Assembly: GCA_003173895.1 (NCBI GenBank)
Contig: PJMG01000012.1
Coordinates: forward strand, 35,448 to 99,447
Reading direction: 5' to 3'
Length of the DNA stretch: 64,000 nucleotides
Source: Candidatus Levyibacteriota bacterium
GTDB taxonomy: Bacteria; Patescibacteriota; Microgenomatia; Levybacterales; UBA12049
Shown one piece after another: positions 47,366 through 55,745 of the stretch. The position numbers and the translations under genes were made by a program. The first letter of the stretch is position 1; the number at the start of each line of letters is the position of its first letter. The notes under the pieces are model-generated. The model made no database searches. It was not told the origin of the DNA and was given only the letters and a program-made list of their open reading frames with translations.

Positions 47366-47833
47366 CTAGTTTTCCACCTCCACACGTCCTACATCCATGA
47401 GCCAACCTGCTGTTTGAGCTTTTTGTGTGGCTCCATTGACTTTAACTTTATGATTTATAAACATAGATAAATCAACTGAAGATGAGGTTAAATAAACATA
47501 TTGAGATGGGCCTCCACTCCGGACTAAATGATATTGTCCTTCGTTATTAATGCCTCCTTTTTGTAATACACCTTCAGCACTATCAGGGAAGGAAGATAAG
47601 TTACTAGCTCCAAAAACCATTCCTTTTGAGACAGCTGTTTTACTACCTGTAGTCGATGACATTACCTGACTCGCTGAACCAGTAGTCATTTTAAATACCA
47701 AATAACCCACAGAAGCTCCAACTACTATAGTAAATATTAAAAATAAAATGGCGCCCATTGGAGGATTTTTCTTATTTTTCTCCTCAAATTTATGAAACGC
47801 CTGATTATTACTTTGTGCACTTTGTTCTTCCAT
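47366..47833 (-). CDS. Membrane-anchored hypothetical protein upstream of ftsE
   Basis: Single N-terminal TM (AILFLIFTIVVGASVGYLVF), ~100-aa extracytoplasmic domain; stop abuts the ftsE start. Confidence 0.4.
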   Translation of the reverse strand: MEEQSAQSNNQAFHKFEEKNKKNPPMGAILFLIFTIVVGASVGYLVFKMTTGSASQVMSSTTGSKTAVSKGMVFGASNLSSFPDSAEGVLQKGGINNEGQYHLVRSGGPSQYVYLTSSSVDLSMFINHKVKVNGATQKAQTAGWLMDVGRVEVEN

Positions 47834-47929
47834 AATTCACCTACCTTTAAATTCTCTACTGGGATATATATTTAGTAAAACATATTTACTGTTCTTTCGC
47901 AACAGATTAGTAGATATTTTTGATATAAT

Positions 47930-48238
47930 ATGTTTGTGATAAAAGATGTTTTAATCACTTTGATCTCTGTATTAGGTGGTTATAAATTTAGCGACTATAT
48001 TATCGGTAAAAAAGCTAAAAAATTACATTTTTTGGGTTATAAGATTTCTAAAAAACATCATGTTCATCACAGTATGTATGGATTAGTTCCCTTCTTTATC
48101 GCTCCTTTTACTCTGGCTAATATTACACTCACTATTACTATAGTAGGATTTGGTATAGGAATTATAATAGAACACACAGTACATGAAGGATTTGTTTTTA
48201 TAAATAAAGTAGAAAAGGAATTAAGTAATATTGATTAA
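47930..48238 (+). CDS. Small membrane protein (102 aa)
   Basis: Three hydrophobic segments; no motif. Confidence 0.3.
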   Translation: MFVIKDVLITLISVLGGYKFSDYIIGKKAKKLHFLGYKISKKHHVHHSMYGLVPFFIAPFTLANITLTITIVGFGIGIIIEHTVHEGFVFINKVEKELSNID

Positions 48239-48924
48239 TTTAGTATTTCAATAATCTCAGGATCCCATGTAAGTGAAGCATTAGTTAGTTGATCACATTC
48301 AATATCATATTCTCCGTGTCTATTCTCAATATTAGTTGGAAATGGATCTAAAACATGAAACATATTATCTTTGTATCCTGTTACTAAAACAAAGTGTCCT
48401 TCAAGTCCTCCTTTAATATCATCTACTATTCTTTCTTTTCCTACCATTTTTAGTCTATGACCCCATGCCCAATCTTCATCAATGCAAAGAATTACTAAAG
48501 ATTTTTTATCTAACATGTCTTTAATAGTTTGGGATGAATATGATTTCTGTTCTAGATCTCCACCGTCTTCAAGATAATCTAAAATATATGTAACTTCCTT
48601 ACGCCAGAGATTCTTTGGATGAAAATTAAGCCATTCCTTAATATTTTCAATTAATTTATCTTTTGGTAAATCTCGCCAAGCGTAGGATAATACCTTGCTA
48701 GTTGAAGTAACTAGTTTTGTTTTTATTCCGTTCTTATGTACATGTGAAACAAGTTGAGCTGCATAGGTTGGTTTACCTCTTTTAGGATGCCCAAAGTCTT
48801 TTAGAACATCTCCTAACTTTATATCTTTACCTTTCATGGAATATACCATAGCTACACAACATGGGCCACACGTATATGAGTTTGATGCTTGAAATATATG
48901 AATATTTTTATATTTACTATCCAT
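48235..48924 (-). CDS. Cytoplasmic papain-like cysteine peptidase, C39-like (peptidase_C39_2-type)
   Basis: Q-x9-C nucleophile context (IFQASNSYTCGPCCVAMV), His motif (EGHFVLVTGY), downstream Asp (VLDPF). No signal peptide. Confidence 0.5.
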   Translation of the reverse strand: MDSKYKNIHIFQASNSYTCGPCCVAMVYSMKGKDIKLGDVLKDFGHPKRGKPTYAAQLVSHVHKNGIKTKLVTSTSKVLSYAWRDLPKDKLIENIKEWLNFHPKNLWRKEVTYILDYLEDGGDLEQKSYSSQTIKDMLDKKSLVILCIDEDWAWGHRLKMVGKERIVDDIKGGLEGHFVLVTGYKDNMFHVLDPFPTNIENRHGEYDIECDQLTNASLTWDPEIIEILN

Positions 48925-48928
48925 AAAC

Positions 48929-49687
48929 TTATTTTAACATTTTCCTTATTTCTTTTAAATTATTTTCAAGTATTTTAAATTTTTCATTTTTATCAATAGT
49001 TTCAAACTTGAAAATTTCAAATGCTATTGTTCCATTCCAATTTAACTTTTTAATTAGTTTCAATAATTTTTTGATTGGTAAATTCCCTGTAAATAAAGGT
49101 AGATGTTGATTTCCATTTTTATAGTCACTTAAGTGAATTAATTTTATTCTCTTATGATACTGATTAAAAAAATCAATAATATTTATATCAAACGTTCCTA
49201 AATGTGATGTATCCATGGTCATATTTAAATCATTCTTAATACAAAAATTAGCAAAGGCTTCAGGATTAGTCCCTTCTTTATTTACTAAAGAGGCCATGTT
49301 AGTAGTTCCACTTTCAAATGAAATAATTACATTATTTTTTTCACCCCATTTATTAATTTTTTCAATCAAATTTAATCCATTTAAAAATATAGGTTTTCTA
49401 AAATTAAATAAATGAAAATTTAGGACTGGATTTTTAGTATTTGTTAGCTCTAATGCTTTTTTAAGAGTTTTTCTGAGAAAAAAATCACTTTCAAAAAAAA
49501 ACATTAAACGGGGTTCATGTAAACAAACTACAAATTTTTTTTGTTCTTCGGTTAATTTAGTATTTTTATAAAAATCTGAAAGACCCATGTCATAGTCTAA
49601 TCCATCAAAACTAGCTTTTTTCGCGAAATTATAAATTTCATTAAACGAAGAATCTTTAAGAGTGGTAGATAGAGTAATTTTTAGCAT
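48929..49687 (-). CDS. Xylose isomerase-like TIM-barrel (sugar phosphate isomerase/epimerase) family protein
   Basis: Weak: IKLIHLSDYKNGNQHLPLFTGNLP ... GTIAFEIF resembles the H-L-x-D ... E metal-site segments of AP endonuclease 2/xylose isomerase-like folds. Confidence 0.4.
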   Translation of the reverse strand: MLKITLSTTLKDSSFNEIYNFAKKASFDGLDYDMGLSDFYKNTKLTEEQKKFVVCLHEPRLMFFFESDFFLRKTLKKALELTNTKNPVLNFHLFNFRKPIFLNGLNLIEKINKWGEKNNVIISFESGTTNMASLVNKEGTNPEAFANFCIKNDLNMTMDTSHLGTFDINIIDFFNQYHKRIKLIHLSDYKNGNQHLPLFTGNLPIKKLLKLIKKLNWNGTIAFEIFKFETIDKNEKFKILENNLKEIRKMLK

Positions 49688-49688
49688 C

Positions 49689-50696
49689 TTAAGTCAATAA
49701 GCGTAGTTCTTCTTCTATAAATTTATCCAAATTTCCATTTAAAACACCTGCAGTATCAGAAGTTTCATACTGCGTCCTTAAATCTTTAACCATGTGATAT
49801 GGGTGTAAAACATACGAGCGAATTTGATTTCCCCATCCAGGCGTTTTATATCCACCTTTTAGTGCTGCTTCAGCTTTTTTACGTTCTTCTTCCTGAATTA
49901 ACCAAAGTTTAGCTTTAAGCATACGTAGAGCATATTCACGATTCTGAAGCTGAGATCTTTCTGTTTGGCAAGTTATGACAATTCCTGTAGGTTTATGTTT
50001 TAAACGAACTGCAGAAGAAACTTTATTTACATTTTGTCCTCCGTGTCCACCTGCTCTAAAAAATTCCCATTCTAAATCTTCATCTTTTACTTCTACATCA
50101 CTATCATTTTCTATTTCTGGAAGGACTTCTACTAAAGCAAATGAAGTCTGACGTAAATTATCCGCGTTAAACGGAGATTGGCGAACCAGTCTATGAGTTC
50201 CTGCTTCAAACTTTAAAAATCCATAAGCATAAGATCCTGTTATTTCTATAGTTATACTTTTAAATCCTGCTTCATCACCTGGTGTTTGATCTATAATTTC
50301 ATATTTCCAACCTTTTTTTTCTATAAATCTGGTATACATACGAAATAAAATTTCACACCAATCCATAGCTTCAGTTCCACCCTGGCCCGAATGAATAGAT
50401 AAAATAGCATTACTCTGATCATGAGCTCCAGAGAAATACAAAAACATTTCCAGTTTTTCTACTATTTTTTCAGCTTCTTCTAAATTATTTTCTTCAAGAT
50501 ACAGCTGAAGCATTTCTATTTCCTCTACTTCTTTTTGCAAATCAGAAAGTTGCTTCATCTTTTCAGATGCGCTTTTATGATCTTGCCAGAAAACAGGATT
50601 TTCACTCTCTTTTTGAAGAGATGTAATTTTTTCTTTTTTAGAATTTATATCCAGTTTTTCTATTATTTTTTCAGCTCGGGCTTTTAATTCATCCAT
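49689..50696 (-). CDS. prfB: Peptide chain release factor 2
   Basis: GGQ motif ([17 protein letters not shown]) and SPF tripeptide (RQSPFNADN), which is RF2-specific. ORF is continuous with no programmed +1 frameshift site. Confidence 0.85.
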   Translation of the reverse strand: MDELKARAEKIIEKLDINSKKEKITSLQKESENPVFWQDHKSASEKMKQLSDLQKEVEEIEMLQLYLEENNLEEAEKIVEKLEMFLYFSGAHDQSNAILSIHSGQGGTEAMDWCEILFRMYTRFIEKKGWKYEIIDQTPGDEAGFKSITIEITGSYAYGFLKFEAGTHRLVRQSPFNADNLRQTSFALVEVLPEIENDSDVEVKDEDLEWEFFRAGGHGGQNVNKVSSAVRLKHKPTGIVITCQTERSQLQNREYALRMLKAKLWLIQEEERKKAEAALKGGYKTPGWGNQIRSYVLHPYHMVKDLRTQYETSDTAGVLNGNLDKFIEEELRLLT

Positions 50697-50762
50697 GTAC
50701 CTATTTTCTCACAGAAAAACTTAAATTCCAAATTCTACAGAATAAATTGATTATTAATTACT

Positions 50763-50928
50763 AAAAGAGAGCAGATGTGTATTTTAAACAGCATTGAAAG
50801 TTTGCTTTATAATAATTTGAAATCTAATTTAACTTTGGTAGCGAACTTTCAAGAGCGAGAATGATATTGAATATTAATTCACAAAGCAATGTTTTCTAGC
50901 GTCTTTTAAAATATACTCTGCGAGCTAT
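50763..50928. repeat. Long imperfect-palindrome dispersed repeat, copy 3 (upstream of prfB)
   Basis: aaagagagcagatgtgtattttaaacaGCATTGAAAGTTTGCTttataataattt...AGCGAACTTTCaagagcgagaatgatatt...gcgtcttttaaaatatactctgcgagctat; ~90% identical to copy 1. Confidence 0.6.
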
Positions 50929-50965
50929 AGTAAAAGAGGTTATAAAAGTCCATTTGTTTCAAAAT

Positions 50966-51310
50966 TTATAATTTATCGCAGATTTGAAGGCAGGCGTTTT
51001 TAGCATTATTTAAAGGTGTTTGCGGTAACTGTTGAAGCTCCTGAATAATCTGTCTTACTTGAGGTGAACTGCTAGCTAATTGATTTAAATTAATATTTTT
51101 TGCCTGATCTTGAATAGAGTTAATAGTTCCAGCTACCGCAGAATTTGTAGATGAATTATTAGTAGAAATTTCTATTCCCTTTACCTCTTTTTGTAAAACT
51201 AATGGAACAACAGTCTGCTTTTTATTAAAATAACCATTTTTGTATAAATAAAATCCTCCAACTCCTATTCCAATTAAAAATAAAAAAAGAAAAAATTTCA
51301 TATTATCCAT
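50966..51310 (-). CDS. Small secreted/membrane-anchored protein (114 aa)
   Basis: N-terminal hydrophobic segment; Q/N/S-rich; no motif. Confidence 0.3.
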   Translation of the reverse strand: MDNMKFFLFLFLIGIGVGGFYLYKNGYFNKKQTVVPLVLQKEVKGIEISTNNSSTNSAVAGTINSIQDQAKNINLNQLASSSPQVRQIIQELQQLPQTPLNNAKNACLQICDKL

Positions 51311-51311
51311 C

Positions 51312-51379
51312 TGTCATTCTGAACATAGTGAAGAATCTCTATCTATAGAATTAGATCCTTCACGTTGCTCAGTATGACA
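51312..51379. repeat. Palindromic dispersed repeat (inverse-orientation twin of 45384-45451)
   Basis: TGTCATTCTGAACatagtgaagaatctctatctatagaattagatccttcacGTTGCTCAGTATGACA is approximately the reverse complement of the 45384 copy. Confidence 0.6.
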
Positions 51380-51382
51380 ACT

Positions 51383-52243
51383 TTATCTTAGAAGAAATAT
51401 TACCAAACTTATCCCTCCTGCGATAATACAATAAATTCCAAAGGGAGTAAGTTTATTGGTCTTAAAATATTTCACTAAAAATTTATTTGATAGATATGCA
51501 AATATTCCGGCCATCGCTGCACCAATTAAAATCTGATGCAAATTCCCTCTTTCTGCCTTTCCTAAAATGTGAGGTAATTTTAAAAGTGCTGCGCCACCTA
51601 TGATCGGAGTTGCAAGTAAAAATGAGAATTTAACAGCATCCTCGTGGGATAAACCTGATAATAATCCACCCGATAGTGTCGCTCCAGTTCTAGAAAATCC
51701 CGGTAGAAGAGCTAATAGCTGAGATAATCCTACTTTAAATGATTGCATAAATGAAATTTTAGAAATTCTGGAATCACTTTTAACTAAACTCTCCTCTATC
51801 ATTTTTTTCTTTCTAAGTCCTTCAGCAAAAAGTAGCATAATTCCATTTAGAATTAAAAATATCGCCGCCTCAGATGAAGATGCAAATAATCCCTGAATTT
51901 TTTTTTCAAATATTACTCCAACTAATCCTGCAGGAACTGTGGCAATAATTAAAAGCCACCCTAGTTTTTCATTAATATCATTTTCATTTATTTTTCTATT
52001 TTTAATAGTACGAATAATTCCACTAATTATCGCCATCCAATCTTTTCGATAAATCATAAATAGAACTAAAGCAGTAGCAAAATGTGTAGCGACTAAAAAA
52101 TCTAAAAATGATGAGGAATTCTGGTTAATATGCCAATTAAGCAAGCTAGGTAAAATTACACTGTGGCCCAGACTGGATATAGGAAAAAGTTCTGTAATTC
52201 CTTGAAAAATTCCTAGAATGATTGCTTGAGTAACTGTTAGCAT
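51383..52243 (-). CDS. uppP: Undecaprenyl-diphosphatase
   Basis: GFSRSGATLSGGLL-type motif (GFSRTGATLSGGLLSGLSHEDA) and N-terminal TELFPISSLGH; 8 TM. Confidence 0.85.
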   Translation of the reverse strand: MLTVTQAIILGIFQGITELFPISSLGHSVILPSLLNWHINQNSSSFLDFLVATHFATALVLFMIYRKDWMAIISGIIRTIKNRKINENDINEKLGWLLIIATVPAGLVGVIFEKKIQGLFASSSEAAIFLILNGIMLLFAEGLRKKKMIEESLVKSDSRISKISFMQSFKVGLSQLLALLPGFSRTGATLSGGLLSGLSHEDAVKFSFLLATPIIGGAALLKLPHILGKAERGNLHQILIGAAMAGIFAYLSNKFLVKYFKTNKLTPFGIYCIIAGGISLVIFLLR

Positions 52244-52275
52244 GTATTAATATTAACTATTTATATAAAACAAAA

Positions 52276-52423
52276 CAAGATTTAATTGAAAATTTGCTGT
52301 TTAGTAATTTCGTAATTTAATTAAAGTTTGGTATCAAACTTTCAAGAGCGAGAATGATATTCTATATTAATTTATAAAACAATTTTTACGAACGTCTTTT
52401 AAAATATACTCTGCGAGCTATAG
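52276..52423. repeat. Long imperfect-palindrome dispersed repeat, copy 4 (upstream of uppP, left terminus shortened)
   Basis: attgaaaatttgctgtttagtaattt...aagtttggtATCAAACTTTCaagagcgagaatgatatt...gaacgtcttttaaaatatactctgcgagctatag. Confidence 0.55.
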
Positions 52424-52455
52424 ACAAGCCATAAAAACATACTTATACTAAGTTT

Positions 52456-52788
52456 ATGAATTTAAAAGATTTACAAAAAAGATTAGATACTACACTTTCA
52501 CAAATTAAACCAAAATATAAATTATATACTCCCATGGAAAAAGAATTATTGACACAAACTGTAAAGTTAAACGAAGAAGTAGGAGAATTATGTAATGATA
52601 TTTTATCTGTTTTAAAACTTCAGAGAAAATCAAAATTGGAAAAATTTGAAAAGAAAAATTTTTATGAAGAATTCGCTGATGTAATAATTTCTACTATACA
52701 ACTCGCAAATACTGCACATGTAGATATTCAAAGAGCAGTAAATGATAAAGTTAAAAAAATTGAAAAAAGATATATAAAAGACCACTAA
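52456..52788 (+). CDS. MazG-like nucleotide pyrophosphohydrolase domain protein (small, 110 aa)
   Basis: All-alpha. E-E-x-x-E-x(n)-E-x-x-D pattern (LNEEVGELCNDI ... EEFADVIIS) typical of MazG/HisE-like NTP pyrophosphatases. Confidence 0.45.
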   Translation: MNLKDLQKRLDTTLSQIKPKYKLYTPMEKELLTQTVKLNEEVGELCNDILSVLKLQRKSKLEKFEKKNFYEEFADVIISTIQLANTAHVDIQRAVNDKVKKIEKRYIKDH

Positions 52789-52835
52789 GTCTTATTGCAG
52801 AAAAATTTACTTAGAAGTATTATGTTCCTACTCCC

Positions 52836-53987
52836 ATGAATGACATTACTTGTCCAAACTGTGGTAAACCAATTGAAATATCTCAAGCACTTCAACATCA
52901 AATTGAAGAACAAATTACTATTAAATTAAAAAATCAATATACTGAAGAATTTGAAAAACAAAAAGAGAAAATAAAAAAACAAACAGAGGATAAAATTAAA
53001 GAAGATTTAAATCTTCAAATAAAAAATTCTGCTAATGAAGTAGAAGAATCTAAAAAGAAAAATGAACAGTTACAAACACAACTTCTAGAACTTACTAAAA
53101 ACCTTCGTGAATTAAAAGATAAAGATCAAACCAGAGAATTAGAAATGCAAAAAAAACTTTTAGATGAAAGAGAAAAAATGAAAGATGAAATTTCTAAAAA
53201 TATCCAAGAAAAATCAAATTTAGAAATTCTCGAAATGAAAAAGCAACTAGATGATACTAAAAAAGCTCTAGAAGAAGCACAGAGAAAAGCAGCTCAGAAG
53301 TCTCAACAACTACAGGGAGAAGTTTTAGAATTGGAATTAGAGGAACTTTTAAGAAACGCTTTCCCGCTGGACCAAATAGAACCTGTAGCTAAGGGTGTAA
53401 ATGGAGCTGACATCAAACATTTGGTTAAAACCCCTATGGGAAATATTTGCGGCATTATTCTATGGGAGTTTAAAAGAACCAAACATTTTGATGACAAATG
53501 GACTCAAAAACTTAAAGATGATTTAAGAAATGCTAAGGCCAATATCCCAGTTATCGTAAGTATGGAATTACCTCTAGAAGCCAAAAGTGGTATGGGAATT
53601 AAAGATGGAGTTTGGATTTGTAATATGCAATTAGTTATTCCTTTAGCAGAATTATTACGTAAAAATTTATATGATATAGCCCGTCAAAAAGCTATTAATG
53701 ATAAAGCATCAGAGAAAGCAGATTTAATTTATCAGTATATTACTAGTCATGAATTTCAACAACAAGTTGAATCAATTATAGAAACATATACTAGCATGCA
53801 ACAACAATTAATGAAAGAAAAAACTGCATTTGAAAGAATCTGGAAAGTGAGAGAAGGACAAATAGATAAATTACTTCGGGGTACTGCTAATATTATTGGT
53901 AGTATCCAAGGAAAAGGTGCTACTTTACCATCAATTAAAGGATTAAATTTAATTGAAGATGTAGATCAACAAAATTTATTAGAATAA
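52836..53987 (+). CDS. Zinc-ribbon + long coiled-coil + C-terminal PD-(D/E)xK-like domain protein (DUF2130-like)
   Basis: N-terminal CPNCG zinc ribbon. ~150 aa K/E-rich coiled coil. C-terminal GADIKHLV ... ILWEFKRTK fits D ... E-x-K restriction-endonuclease-fold spacing. Confidence 0.45.
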   Translation: MNDITCPNCGKPIEISQALQHQIEEQITIKLKNQYTEEFEKQKEKIKKQTEDKIKEDLNLQIKNSANEVEESKKKNEQLQTQLLELTKNLRELKDKDQTRELEMQKKLLDEREKMKDEISKNIQEKSNLEILEMKKQLDDTKKALEEAQRKAAQKSQQLQGEVLELELEELLRNAFPLDQIEPVAKGVNGADIKHLVKTPMGNICGIILWEFKRTKHFDDKWTQKLKDDLRNAKANIPVIVSMELPLEAKSGMGIKDGVWICNMQLVIPLAELLRKNLYDIARQKAINDKASEKADLIYQYITSHEFQQQVESIIETYTSMQQQLMKEKTAFERIWKVREGQIDKLLRGTANIIGSIQGKGATLPSIKGLNLIEDVDQQNLLE

Positions 53988-53988
53988 T

Positions 53989-55494
53989 CTATTGATTTAG
54001 CATAGTAGTATTTTCTAGCATCATTTTAGCCTGTTCATAATTTATAACCCACCCTGTATGTAACATACTTTTATAAAATGGTGTTTTAAAAATATTTCCG
54101 TTTTTATCGTATAGTTCAGGATATCCCCCATATTTAAGAATATTATTTTTATACGCATCTAAACCACTCTCAGCATCTGATAAAAATTTAGGATCATAAT
54201 TACCTAAGAGTATTAGAGTCTCTATATATTCCTGGCCTAAATGGCTCCAAATAGATTGTCCCATGTAAGAAGTAGCAAAATAATGAACAAAAAAGTAAAG
54301 ATTATTTACTTCATCTTTTTGAGCATAAAAAAGTGGAAAAGGTTTATCTAAGTTATTTTTCTGAACATAATTTACCATTTTAATTAATTTAGCTCTATCA
54401 TCAGAATTCCTAAAATCTAAAAAATTTAATGAAGTCACTATAAATTCTTCACCAGTATATTCATGATTTTTTATAGATTCTGATGATAAATCATTTATAA
54501 ATAATCCATCCCTATCATCCCAGAAATTTTTTATAATATTTTCTTTCCATTTATTAAAATCACAAGAATTACTATTTAAATAAAAATTCGGACAATTTAT
54601 TTTCAGTCCTAGTGATATAGCATCTTTAGCAGTTCCCCACGCAATTACATTATCATAAAAACTACTTTGTCTTTTTATACTATCTCTAGCACTGGAAAGG
54701 GTAATATCTTTTTTAATTAAGCCTGTATTGGAATCAATAACATAAATTAAATAATTATTTATTGCTTTTGTTAAGGTAAGTTTATAAGTGGAAACTAAAT
54801 TTTTAGCTGCATTTGTAGTTTGTAAGGAATAATTAAAATCATTAATTTTAGCGGGTAAAGAAATAGAAATAAAATTAGGATTTATAGCTGCGTTTAAAGT
54901 ATAAACAATAGCAAAAAGTGAATCCGAAGGATAAGTATTAAAATTAGTTCCTACGAAAGTATTACTGTTTATAGGCGTAAAAGTGGTGTATTCCTGACCA
55001 TTAGTTTGTTTAAGTAACTCTAAATCTATGGCAATTGTTTGTAAAGTGACCCTTTGGCGAGTTTCCCAATCAGATTTAGAACTAGGGATTCGAGAATCAA
55101 GCATAGCACTATAAAAAACACCAAAATTTCTTACATATAGATCAGGAAAATGACCTCCACTTATCGTATATGGGGTATTCACATTAAAACGTTCATTATG
55201 AATTTGATCTATTATCTGTTGCTCATTTCCTTTAAAGGGTCTCTCGGAAAAATAGACATCAGTTTCTACTCTAAATATGGATTGGAAATACATTAATAAT
55301 TTAGAAAATGGACTATTAAAGACATAAAGATTTCTAGTTTTTTTAAGAATTATTTGTCCATTTTTATCAAAAGAAGTAGTAAAAAATGGTTTTACCCAAG
55401 TATTTTTACTATATGGATTATTTTTATCTACCCACCAAAAACCAAGTGAGAAAATTATTATTAAAAAAACAATCAAGCTGAATAACTTCTTCAT
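53989..55494 (-). CDS. Secreted hypothetical protein (501 aa)
   Basis: Signal/TM N-terminus; N/S/T-rich. Possibly a glycoside hydrolase-like fold, but no motif secured. Confidence 0.35.
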   Translation of the reverse strand: MKKLFSLIVFLIIIFSLGFWWVDKNNPYSKNTWVKPFFTTSFDKNGQIILKKTRNLYVFNSPFSKLLMYFQSIFRVETDVYFSERPFKGNEQQIIDQIHNERFNVNTPYTISGGHFPDLYVRNFGVFYSAMLDSRIPSSKSDWETRQRVTLQTIAIDLELLKQTNGQEYTTFTPINSNTFVGTNFNTYPSDSLFAIVYTLNAAINPNFISISLPAKINDFNYSLQTTNAAKNLVSTYKLTLTKAINNYLIYVIDSNTGLIKKDITLSSARDSIKRQSSFYDNVIAWGTAKDAISLGLKINCPNFYLNSNSCDFNKWKENIIKNFWDDRDGLFINDLSSESIKNHEYTGEEFIVTSLNFLDFRNSDDRAKLIKMVNYVQKNNLDKPFPLFYAQKDEVNNLYFFVHYFATSYMGQSIWSHLGQEYIETLILLGNYDPKFLSDAESGLDAYKNNILKYGGYPELYDKNGNIFKTPFYKSMLHTGWVINYEQAKMMLENTTMLNQ

Positions 55495-55745
55495 ATATTA
55501 ATTATACTAAAAATTAATTTGATATACTTTAGAAAGAAGAAATTTTATTAAAAAAGATTAGAGATGTTGTCTTTTCAATTTTTGGTGAATTGGAATTGTC
55601 TCTTAAATAACTATTATATTATCAATAAGTTTGGCGAGAAAATTCCACTAGCGAAGTCCGACACTTTATTTTAAATCTTAATAAACTTTCCCTGAGCACC
55701 GCCAAAAATTGTGAAAGCAAACATCTCAATAAAATTTAATGTTTA

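Noticed and set aside
49689-50696. Programmed +1 frameshift in prfB
   Set aside because: ORF is continuous from ATG to stop with the RF2 N-terminal region intact; no internal in-frame TGA shift site.
4024-52423. Possibility that the dispersed repeats are a CRISPR array
   Set aside because: Copies are kilobases apart, of two unrelated families, with no regular repeat-spacer periodicity and no cas genes.
55495-55745. Possible small ncRNA (GGCGAGAAAATTCC...CTGAGCACCGCC) in the intergenic region before the AT-rich island
   Set aside because: Only a weak, imperfect complementarity between the ends; no terminator or conserved motif; insufficient evidence.
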